From assembly GCA_976226885.1 (NCBI GenBank), contig OZ320321.1, positions 33,790,001 through 33,854,000 of the forward strand: a stretch of DNA of 64,000 nt, given 5' to 3'. This document shows, piece by piece, positions 13,235 to 24,504 of the stretch (its first letter is position 1; the number at the start of each line of letters is the position of its first letter). This stretch comes from Iphione sp. A-MEVVRFRX5. Taxonomy: Eukaryota. A program made the translations under genes and the position numbers. The notes beneath the pieces were generated by a model that was not told where the DNA came from, made no database searches, and saw only the letters and a program-made list of their open reading frames with translations.

Positions 13235-16200
13235 CTCGGGCAACAGCTTCCTATTTCAGTTGTATCATGTACACCCCACTGGTCCACGCTTGTCAAACGG
13301 TGTATTACTCTACGTTTAGCACAGATGTGTACCGTTGATATCGTGGAGAAAGGTGCTGTGGCAGGGATAATTAGTGGGATATGCTAAGCGCCTTAATAGC
13401 TCAGCAGAGGTAAAGAACGTGGCCAATGAATGAGGGGCATATAAGAAGAGGGGACATGCGAACTGGAAGACCTACTGTGCTTGGTATGCGACATCAATCC
13501 ACTGGAGAATCAACTCGGTATGAAACGGTCTTGAAATGATTATGATACGAATAACTATAGTCGAAGAAAAATGAAACACCAATTAGCTCACTGGTCTAGA
13601 CGCGTTTTGGGAGGTAACCAAAACCGTTCTGTAAGCGTCGCACGTGTGCATAGTAATTTCACCATAAGGACTAGTTGCACAATGCAGACTTCGTGTCGTC
13701 ACCAAACTGTGTCATGACCAACTTGTATGAGGCTGATTTTTGGTCTTTCTTTTGGGTTGCTCTCCTGAGAGAATCGGTCTAATATTTTCATGTATGCATG
13801 GTTCTTGACAATCTTTAGCCTACTCACGGAAACGTATCCTACAAAACTAAATCTTGAAACGGGTTTCTACTGTTTTTGTTCCTACAAATTGTCATAGTCA
13901 ACTACTTTGGCCACCGTGAGTTCAAACATTTTTAGTTTGGTAGGGATGGAAGGGGGTGGTAGGGAAGCGGTAAGCTGGAGAGTTTGCGCTTATGTACTGG
14001 GGTTGAACACAGGGCAAGGCTCGTCAAAACCATTTGGATTGACTGGAATCCCTTGCTCTTCCAAGCGCTCACTATTCCGTCCCCTAACGATTCTATCCAG
14101 TTAACTGGGAACGGAATGGGGTACTACTATCTAATGTTAACCACACATCCATTTGTAATTATAACAAAACAGTGGGAACCCATCACGGGCTAGCCTACCG
14201 AGCCGTTGTTGTACTATATGGAAGAAGTCTTCAACATTTATGTCTATTTTCTATAATATGGAATATCTTTTATAGTATTAAAAGCTGTACAATGTTGCCA
14301 TTCTTGTTCTGTAGATAATGATGTTGAACATACAGGATTGATACAATGTACAAACTTATGAGTGAAGTATGATCCTGATTTAGATGCCCCCCCATAAAAA
14401 AAACCAAACAAATAGCCTGATTTTGATTCATGTTTGGCTGCAGAGGGTTCAGCAATGAACCACAATTTGATAGATATGTCGGCAGATAAGTACATTTGGG
14501 TGTCTTTAGACCGGAGTCTTTCATCCTTCCGGGCTATCAATATGATTATCAATGAACCGTTGTGTGCACGGGGTTATGCTCTGGAAATTATCCGTATTCG
14601 TGACATCAGTCCTATACGTCATGACCACGCGCATATATATACTTGTGTATATATATCCACACATTATATTTGTCTTCTGTCTCGGAGTCAGTCATGTGAT
14701 ACAAGAATTCCTGTAAGTTTCGTTGTTTTCATTACCAGTTAGTTGAATTAGGTTAACAGAGGGCTCTCTATGACAAACTAAAATTCAACATTTCCTGTGC
14801 TGAAAATCCTTTTCCCAGTTCTTTACATGCCTCTTAACTGTTCAGTCCAGAACAGCCTTTCAACAAGGGATTCTTGAAGGCGGCGCCAGCGCCACACATT
14901 TGGAGGGAAGGGAAGGGAGGGAGGGGGGAGGGGTGGTAGTGGGTTTTGCTGAGTAAGGTTGCCGTTCAGGGTTAAGTATGGGGAGTGGAAGAAAGGGTGT
15001 CGCCGACCAGCCAGTACGTCGGAGGGAGGGTGGGGTAGTAGGACTGACTGGGTGCGGCACAATGTTATTTTTGGCCGGACTGGACAGCAAATTGAAAAGG
15101 TACAGTCACAATGCGACTCTACGTGCTGAGTGCGGTGACATATACCTGTCGATCATGGGTTCAGGTCAACATTACTCCAAATAAATGACATTTCGTTCAC
15201 TTCCTGATATGTGTGAAGCTCCAGGATGGCGACGTGTATTTGTTGAATTACCTACACCGTAGAAGAGATTTTCCTGTGAGAGTCTTACAGAAAAATCACC
15301 GAATTCTGCTTTATATCCACTACTAGTGAGAAATTCTATCCTTGTTGTTCATAAACTCGTATCCACACAGTGTCTCGTCTAGTTAAGAAGCATATCCTCA
15401 TGTAAGTCGGGCTGTCGACCAAACCACGTTTATTTTTATTGTTAGTCTGCATCCTTCTTTGCTAAATTTAGAAAGACTGAGAACAAGACGGTAGTATTTC
15501 ACTTCTCCTGAGTACAACAATTCACCTGAACGATTCAACACCTGAACGACTTCAAAGGTGACGATCTGTTCGACATGGCTCGCAGAGATCCAGAAAGTCT
15601 TTACCATTTGATTCCCACTCCATAATCAAAGTGATAAATATCTCAATGTTTGGTGAATATTAGGTTTTCAAGGAATCCCTTTATTAATATGAAATGAATC
15701 TGAGTTTTTCTCGAAAGGTGTAAACCTTTTTCTTTATTCGTAAAACCTTTTTGATAAGCTCCGTCCAACAGGTATCAATATCGTTACAGTGGCAACTTAC
15801 CTTAGGGGCAATTCAGACTAGGAGAGGCATCTTTACGTGATTTGCGATATTAAGCCATTCACAACGTCAGCTTAATTCAGTCCGATATCTATCCTATACA
15901 GATGCACTTGCTATCCACACTTTACAGATACAACTCCATTTACGAATCCTCTGAGAACGAGGCCTCTTCATAAAAAAAATGTTTTTTTTCTGTAGTTTTT
16001 GTGGCGGCAAGTCCACGTATATCATTCAATATCCATCGATTTTCTGAAGTATTATGCCTCTGACAACGAAGTTTTGCATAGCGAAGTGAACCCCAGGAAC
16101 ACATCTACTTCGTTAACAAATGATATACATGTAACTGTATATTATGGAGTACGCTAAATGAGACCAAATCATGGGAGAGGCTAACATTCGTAAATCCCCA

Positions 16201-16860
16201 CCTTGGTCTCCTATATGCTTCTCAAGTGTATCATATTTTCTTGTCTTTATTTGACCCGTGTACCTTTACTAAACATGTCCGCACAAGAAAGTTTCTTTCC
16301 TAAATTTTTAACAAGGTGGTTTCTCCAAGGACATACTTGCCAAAACGTGATTTCCAAGGGGTAATGACACTGCTCACAGGAAACCTTAACAAAATGGATC
16401 TGTCTGCAGCTATTTATAGTGGACTCCCGACATTTACATAACTATCTATTCATACCCTGCATTCAATTTCTCTACAGGTTCGAGAAAACGAATTTATCAA
16501 GAACACCCGAACTCGTAGATGATAGCGATGGTGGTGTATTTACTTACATTAGCGGATGAACACGAAATGATCGTGGTTAGTACAGCCAGCACGAGACAGC
16601 ATGAGGCCAGCCGAACGTCTTTCCTCTGAACAATCCTTATCACCATTGTTTTTGCTCCTTTCTTCGGTATTCTCTCTCTCAGCTCTCTTCAGCCGCGTTT
16701 GGGCGTATCTTTCCGTCAAGGAAAATTATGCGACTAGGGTGCCGAAGCGGTCACATGCCCTGTTCTTTTTAGGGTCCTGACCGTGCTGTAAGCTTTTGAG
16801 TCCGACCAGGGCCGGTGTCCTCCTGGTCTGCCTCTCGTCGCGAGTGCAGGGGATCTTGGT

Positions 16861-16889
<29 letters not shown>
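16861..16889. repeat. (CCG)9 microsatellite
   Basis: Direct reading. Confidence 0.95.
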
Positions 16890-16892
<3 letters not shown>

Positions 16893-18066
16893 GTCTTGGT
16901 CTCTCTCAGGGTTGACCACTCGATTCGACGATACACGAGCACCAACGGGGTCCAATAGAGACGTTAACCACCGTTGGGGGTGGGGGGGGGGGGGGTTAGA
17001 TTTCGGTGGGGGAAGGTTGATATGGCAGGGGGAAGGGTTTCACTGGTCCTCACGCACCACTGGAAACCTCTCACATCTTGCCGGCACGAACATGGTTGGT
17101 CGCCCTTGGGTCCAATGAGAGCTCTACAAGAGCGGCGGGTCTTTGCTGATCAAAGGAGGGTAATTACGGTGGTTACCGGACATATATACCACGGTCACAT
17201 GGAGCCAACGGCACTGCTGAGGCCTACATGCCCACCCATTTACTGTCAGGCAGCTATATTTAGAAAGGACCGTATCCAATCTTATCGGTTTCGGTCCAAG
17301 TCAGATAGGTGGATGAACCTCTATTGGGAGTAGGTAAAAGAGAGGTAAGACGTATGCCAAGTTGGGAAAGGTGCTTTGGTTCAGTTGATACTTCATTACA
17401 TGCTTCGACCTGGAGGAGTGATAGGGGAGGTAAAGTAGAACGGGGTTGCAAAAGAAATAGTGAGAGAACCAGAGAGATATTACAGGGAGAGTAAGATGGA
17501 GAAGGGAAGATATTGGGAACAAGAGCGAGCGAGCGAGACACAGACACACATTAACACACATACACACCGACAGCGAAACTCTGAGGGTGTAAGTGAGTGA
17601 GAATGAAAAAAGAACCCCTCTAAAACGCCATGCTTTGAGGACACAATAGGGCTGATTTATTCACAAAAGACAGTAGGGTCAGAGTCATCGACGGGGCTCC
17701 GTACATAATGAGAAAACATGGCTTAAGCGTTAAGCCTTTTCAAGCGAATACATGTATATCCCATACAGACACCCCCGAGATAATGTATATCACTTAAAGC
17801 ATGGAACCCTCACCAAGAGGCCACCTACTGTTGTTCTGTTCATGCTAGTACTTCACAGCTGTGGAAATCCTATGTAAGAATTGTTTTTTTCTCACTTATA
17901 GACCATAATCCTTCCATTCACTGCAAAGGTTGAGCGTGTACCCTTTCACTCTCTGTCTCTCGGTCTCTGTCTGTTTGATCTGTCTGTCTGATCAGTCTTG
18001 GATTGTTATATTTTACAGTCCAGTGACACAATTAGGGACACTCCGTTCTGCCCTGAACTGTCCGCA

Positions 18067-20810
18067 TTTGAGTTAGAGTTTGAATAAGTTTATTGGGTCA
18101 CCAATATCATTACACATTTTAACCCATTGAGGGTGTAGAATGCCATATGGCATTCCAAGACTAGGGCAAGGAATGCCCTATGATATAATCTAAAATAAGC
18201 CCTTTTCTGTGATTCAAACAAGAAAAATCACTCATATTTCAAACTAATATATCTTGAAAATTACAATATGCTCCTTATTTCCGATCAATATGTAATCTAA
18301 TCATTTAACATTATATAATACCTCAACTCCCAGGTCATTCTTATGTCAAGATCCCTGCCCTGAAGAGAAATCACCTGTGATAGTTGCAGCCAGGGTTAAC
18401 TGAATATCAGACTGTGATAACGTCACTTTACCGGCAGTGTAATCGTGCAAGTAATAGACGTTTCTTTCATGCAAATTTAAATGTGTTCATCGGCATGGTT
18501 CTCGACGCTGGTTCTACAGAATTCCACTCTTGAAACCTTTGGTACACGAAACTCTTTTGGCATGAAGTAATCTTTTGGAGCATCAATAGCAAAGCCTATA
18601 CATGCAGTCCCCTCTTGTCATGCTACACCTTTGATTCCTGTATAATGACAAGTGATTTGTGCGAGTGATAACATTGTCCTTCCTTTAAGCTATAATTCAA
18701 CTCCCCTCTTAGAGACCCACCTTCCATTAGGCATCTTCTGACTGTAGTGTACCAAGACCTTAACAGTTTGTTAAATAGATTTCTAGATACATCTGACAAG
18801 AAAGGCAAACCCAGGTCAAAGTGTGGGAGAACATAAGGATTAAAGAGCATTAACTGAGTATGGTCATTACGATTCCCCCGCATTCTGCTCAATAAGAAAA
18901 TGGAATAATTTACTTTCCTCATCTTCTGCTATACCAAGACATTAAATTTCAGGCGCTCATCAATAGGGAAGCTCAGAGATAGCTACTCACCCTTCCGTTA
19001 TATTCTCACCCCAACTTTAGATCCCGTTGCAACTGGATCGTTTTGCCTATATAGAGATACTTACATTTACTCCTACTCAAAACGAAGCCATCATGAGAGC
19101 ACCATTCTTATATTTCAGTCAACGTGCACTGCATTCCCAGCGATAGCGCTAAAGCATTGGACCTCCAAGCCACCATCGTGATGTCCGCAGCATAAAATAG
19201 TTCTTACAAGGGAAATATTCTGCAACAATGTTGTTGAGCTTTATTGTAAATAGCCAAGGGCCTAGAATAAACCCCCGGGTTACCTCAGGACGTCCTGTTC
19301 AGATGTAGATACTCCATTACAAAACACCCTTTTGTTTGGCCTGCTCAATATGACCTAACCCAGGAGATAACTGTTCCCCGATAGCCCATGTTCCACAGTT
19401 TGCTCACCCAAAGATCATGGTTCACAAGGTTGAGAAGTTTCGACATACCAAGTCACGTGCATGCACTACATCTCCCATGGTTTGAACACGCAAGCAAGAC
19501 CCCCTGGTGTGCCACGCGATTTACAGAATGCAAATTGACTATCCGAGATGAGCCCATTCCATTCTGCAAACATGAAGGCTTGAATTACCACAACTTTCTC
19601 CAGTAGTTTCCCTGGGACAGGCAAAAGAGACACAGGTCTGTAATTACCTTTATGCAAAGCAGAGCCCTTTTCTAACAGCGGGACAATCGCAGCTTCCTTC
19701 CATTCTTCTGGGAAGACCCCTTCTCCGAGAGCTGTTCAATATGTCTGTGGAAAAGTACATACAATTCATCAGAGAATCCCTGAAGACAACTGATCTCACA
19801 CACTGCATTCCAGAAAGCGTATTTGTTTTCACCTACCTTACTAATTTGAACACCTCCCTATATCCAACTCCATAAAGTCAGTAGGTTCACATCTTCGCCC
19901 TTTGAGTCATCAACTGTGGATTAGTCATGCTAAACACCTCCCGTATTGAATTAACAAACCAGTTGTGGCCACTATGTGGCTTGTGACTGGTGAGCCATGT
20001 GCAGCATGTGGCGTGTGGCATGTGGCTTGTCATGCAGAGTGCTGCTGTGGCATGTAGCATGTTACATGGGTGTTAGGCATGCTGCATGCACGTGGCATGC
20101 AGCGCATGGCTCGCAGATCGTGACTGTGGATTCCCGCCAGTTCTAGGAGGGGACTGACTAGTTTATAAGGGGGAGACTTCTGTGTTGTGTGTTGACTTCC
20201 AGATTGAGTGTCGTTGTGGTCACTTAAACAATAAAGCTTTATTCATTAATCTAAGAATCATGTCTTTCCTTCAGAGCAGTAAGAGCTACATAGTTATTCG
20301 TTATTTCCACAGATTCAGACCCCTGACAAATTTCTCCACCCTCCTTGATTAACAATTTAGCGTTAACTGTACATTTCCCCAACACTTCTTTATTTAGAAT
20401 GGACCACAGTTTAGAGGATGGGAGCTTTGGGTAACCTGTTCAACCATCCATCCCTTCTTGGCTTCCCATACCAATCGATTTACTCGATTTCTGTGATATT
20501 TAGCAATCCGCTTCAGATTCTAGGTTCCCCGTCCTTCTCCATTTCCTCATGAAATAGTCCCGTTCCCGTAGCGCCCATAGCTGAGGTGATACCCAATGCA
20601 ATGGCCCCTCCCTCTGTTCCCTCCACTCACAGGGTGCTAATTTATCTAACACCTTTATCAGGCCATCTCGAAATACATGCCACTTCTGCTTTACAGATAA
20701 CTGCTCAGCTAATCCATCCCACAAATCTGTCAGTATTTCATATGTCTGGCCTTTATAATTCCTGACGAACACACTTTTAGCCTTGATTGCACATTTCTTT
20801 TGCTCAAAAT
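18067..20810 (-). mobile_element. Decayed CR1/L2-type LINE (ORF2 RT region), 5'-truncated, interrupted by a solo LTR
   Basis: Minus-strand fragments NYRPVSLLPVPGKLLEK..SQFAF (19466-19657), GVP..ILGPWLF (about 19250-19300), SFVYQRFQEWNS (about 18520-18555) and the pre-RT linker KWHVFRDGLIKVLDKLAP..HWVS (20500-20772); AATAAA at 18089-18094 and a tcaaactctaactcaaa tail at 18067-18084; many stops and frameshifts. Confidence 0.85.
19964..20311 (+). mobile_element. Solo LTR, 348 bp
   Basis: TGTGG...CCACA inverted termini, a tandem gcatgtg-rich U3-like part, TTTATAA at 20162-20168 and AATAAA at 20230-20235. Removing it rejoins LINE codons (LNHWFVNSI). No target-site duplication is recognisable. Confidence 0.65.
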
Positions 20811-20849
20811 CGACAGAGGCAAAAAGCGGTCAGTGCCCCCTGTAATTGT

Positions 20850-22267
20850 TACTCGAATAAGTGGAAGATAGCCAGGCTAATTCCCATCCCCCCCCCAAGT
20901 GGCACTTACATGATAAAAGAATTTTAGGCTCGTGTCAATCCTACCCGTAATAGGAAAAATGCTGGAATGAATAACCTATGATCAATTGGTAATACTTTTG
21001 GCCTCTAATAATATGTCACCGTATCAGCACGGATTTTGTAAAGGAAAAGGAACGGACACATCAGCTGCCATAGTAATAATGAAAGCCTATAGAGCTATTG
21101 ATTATAAAAATATTTTGGCATGGTATTAGTAGATTTTTTTAAGGCTTTTGACATAGTTAATCATTCAATTTGAACTTATAAGTTAAGTGGGATGGGTTTG
21201 TGTAATCGTCAACTAAATTTTATAAAATCATATCTCACTTAGGTTTCCATATGTCTGCTGTACTGGGGAAAAATCTTGAATGAGAGCGGTAACGAGAGGG
21301 GTCCCCCCAGGAGGTATCCCGGGGCCCCTCTTTTTAGCAATATTAATTAAGGACATTTCAGAGGACATCAAGTTGTCTGAAATTTTCCTATATGCCGACA
21401 ATGTCTCTATTTGTTCAGCTACAAGTAATTTGACTACACTTAGATTGGAATTACAAGGAAGTCTGAAAAACATTTTAAGATGGGCCAATTTGAATGGTCT
21501 AAAGATAAATCGAGAAAAAAACTGTTTATATGAGCATTCGGAAAAAAGGAGGCTTTGATCTAGAAATATATTTTAATGGGAAATAGTTAAAATTGGAAAA
21601 CAGTCCCAAATTGCTTGGCTATAGGCTCGATATGAAGCTGTCGTGGTTACCTTAAATTTTGGACATGAGGAAAATAGCCAGAAGTCGTAATATTATGCTA
21701 TCATAATGCTATTGCATACATTCTCCCATTTAGTACTAGAGGCACTGTGTTTAGAAGTTTCTTTGAACCCATTTTCTATTACGGCCTAGCTTTCATCGTT
21801 GGTTGTACGAAAAAGGCTATGCAGTCATTACAAATAAAATATAATAATGCCCTGAAGCGTGTAATTCTTTATGAAAAATTCAAAAGAGAAGTTTCTGATA
21901 GAAGATTAAGAGATAAACTTTCAATTCTGACTGTAGAAAACCTGGCATTAATACGTAGTGTTATACTAATCCACAGATTACAACAACAAGGATTGTCGGA
22001 AGAGGAAGGTAGAGAAAGGACAAACCGTGGTACCTCAGTTCAGCCAAACCAAATGCAACCAAGAACAACATTGCTGAAAAATAGTTTTTATTTTAAAGGC
22101 ATAGCACATTGGAATAAATTATCTCTTACGTTGAAACAAACAAGGAAGATGAAGGCAAAGAAGCTGATACAAGCCATCATTTGACTTTTAACCTTAAATT
22201 CAAACTTATCACGTTGATACTTCATTGTACTATGAGATGTGGTAATAAAAATCAAATCAAATCAAAT
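20850..22267 (+). mobile_element. Decayed CR1/L2-type LINE (RT to 3' end), 5'-truncated
   Basis: WKIARLIPI, NFRLVSILPVIGKMLE, QHGFCKG, DFFKAFDIVNH, GVPPGGIPGPL, LYADN, SFYFKGIAHWNKL; AATAAA at 22244-22249 followed by an (ATCAA)3 tail. Confidence 0.9.
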
Positions 22268-22542
22268 AGTCTGCCTTTGACCCCTATGGCACCGGAATTC
22301 CCATATACGTGGTCAATATAAGATGAGCTATCATGTGTCGCTGAGCAAGTAAATTAGTTGCCGAGAATAAGTTACAAAACCGCCTTTCCCTCTATTATTT
22401 TAGACGTGGTCGCACTAGGGGTCGGCTAAATTTGCGTGAATTTTGCCGCTTTTCGGCGGAATTTGCACGAGTGATTCAGTCATTCAGCCCAAGTGGATCT
22501 GTTTATGTGCTTTTCGTCTTTATTTCCTGCCTTGTCTGTCTG

Positions 22543-22574
<32 letters not shown>

Positions 22575-22835
22575 CCCTATTCATCAGTTTATGCCCTTTC
22601 AGGCGCTCGAACTCGTTTTCTTTGAACCTCCGAAGCCCTCTAGTGACGGGCCAGTGAACAACTGCATCAAGTGACGTAGGCCTACGACAAGAGAAAAAAA
22701 AACACTCTGTAGAAGTGAGCAGCATCACACAGTGATCCCGCAACGCCCTTCATGCGTGCCAGGAAGAACACCTATCAGGCACATGCTGCAGACAGTCGCC
22801 GAGTAGAGAGGCGTGGAGGCATGTCGTTGTACACA

Positions 22836-23039
22836 CCATCTATTCCCTTAACACCTATGACAATAATAACCATGACACAAGATATCAATAGATACTTTAA
22901 TACAATTTGGATAACACAAAAGGGGGAATACCTTCCCCTTCTGTCCCACCAGCACTGTGAATACTCTCTGGTGGCAAACACTACTTCACACCATGTGACA
23001 GGGCTACTCCTCCTGTCAACTACACATTATCAGCCAAAC
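22836..23039 (-). repeat. Split direct repeat B2 (3' terminus)
   Basis: 204 bp, identical to 23316-23519 except one base (22953 c vs 23433 g). Confidence 0.97.
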
Positions 23040-23180
23040 AAGCAATACAACAGTGTAGGCAAACAATACAACAATACAAACAATACAACAGTATAACCTT
23101 ACTGGGTTGCAGCCTCCATACAACCTCGAGAACTGCACCCTGTGATTATTCTACAATGATTGGCAGGGGTGGGTGGGTGG

Positions 23181-23316
23181 AAACAAGCTGCAGTCGGCGG
23201 CGGCTAACGACAGAGTGGCAGAGACCCCCCACTACAGCAGTAGGGGAGGAATGGGGCCCCCTGGTGTGTTGGACCGTAACTAGATGCCCTGCCACCGCCA
23301 TCTGCAGTACCACACC
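23181..23316 (-). repeat. Split direct repeat A2 (internal)
   Basis: 136 bp, identical to 27325-27460 except one base (23187 g vs 27331 a). Confidence 0.97.
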
Positions 23317-23519
23317 CATCTATTCCCTTAACACCTATGACAATAATAACCATGACACAAGATATCAATAGATACTTTAATACAATTTGGATAACACAAA
23401 AGGGGGAATACCTTCCCCTTCTGTCCCACCAGGACTGTGAATACTCTCTGGTGGCAAACACTACTTCACACCATGTGACAGGGCTACTCCTCCTGTCAAC
23501 TACACATTATCAGCCAAAC
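23316..23519 (-). repeat. Split direct repeat B1 (internal, abutting A2)
   Basis: Copy of B2; begins 11 bp after the corrected YR stop codon. Confidence 0.97.
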
Positions 23520-23529
23520 CCTGCCCCTT

Positions 23530-24490
23530 TTACACCTGGTCAGAGGCGCTTTCGAAGACCAGGGCTGCTCTTTTGGCAGCTAGTGTGTTACTCGTATATA
23601 CCATATATGCGGGATCCAACCGCCACGTGCCCAGACTCTTTATCTCATCCTTGTTCGCCCCTAACTCCTGTAGGGTAGAGGCCCCCCCCCCTACGTAAGC
23701 TGTGGAGGGAATACTGCTTATAATTTAGTCCCATATCATGCAGTGCCAGACTGAATATCCTTGCCACACTAGACGTACGAAGTGGATCACCTAGGACTGG
23801 ATCACAAAATAAAGGCTGTACTGCACTAACTGTTGGGACACAGCGGATCATGGATTTCAGGGCTCTAACCGGGCACATTTCATGATCAGACACACATGGT
23901 ATAAATATCTTACATGGATCATTCTTGTTTATCGTCTTTGACCATTTGATCATTACCTCGGCACCATCCTTCTTGTACTTAACATCACCACGTGTAAGCT
24001 GCCTCGATGGGCAATAGGTGCCTGTCTTTGCTAGTACATTCGATTGCCTTACAAGCGAGTAGTACATAAATAAAAATAATGCTTTTAGGACTGGGGCTAA
24101 TGGTCCAATACCACTTAGATACTGTACCAACATTCTCATATTGTCGTACGTGACTGGTAACTTCCTGTCGATTACATGTTTGCTCGACTTCTCAATGGCT
24201 TTTAATGAGTTGATTACAGGTTTAGCATCATAAACACTCCTGTCCAGACCAGCGGCATCCAGGACCTGCCTCAAGGCAGTAATGTGCTGCGAGGTGACCT
24301 TAGGTGAATAATACATGTTGTGGTACTCTATGTACGTAAGCACATCATGCAGGCCTGGCTCATGCCACTCAATACCATATTTTTCGGAGTATCCGATGAA
24401 AAGTCTGACCATTCGATGCCTTGCTTTGATGGTGTCCTTGGTGACGGCCTGTAGTTGTCTGTGAGCCGCTCGCTTCACCAGTGGTTCCAA
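23530..24490 (-). CDS. Tyrosine recombinase (one +1 frameshift in G10 run at 23682-23691)
   Basis: N-terminal SAM-like integrase region, YSLVRQSN (catalytic R), IKWSKT (K), HSLRR (HxxR). Deleting one G gives RRGGASTLQELGANKDEIKSLGTWRLDPAYMVY (W and nucleophile Y) and a TAA at 23530-23532; 319 aa counted from the TTG at 24490. Confidence 0.95.
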
Positions 24491-24504
24491 GCGCTGGTCT
24501 GTAA

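Noticed and set aside
13397-13425. tRNA box A-like TAGCTCAG..GGTA
   Set aside because: No box B or cloverleaf follows.
15195-15240. CACTTCCTG and GATGGCG (ETS/YY1-like) promoter motifs
   Set aside because: Short motifs expected by chance; the ATG gives a 6-codon ORF and no linked exon was found.
20400-22267. Twin-priming 5' inversion of a single LINE
   Set aside because: The minus piece continues in frame into the 18067-19963 element, and both elements contain the same RT region with different sequences and tails.
22752-23678. Plus-strand ORFs of 71-114 aa (and 27150-27587) sharing identical peptides
   Set aside because: Antisense shadows of the A and B repeats of the YR element.
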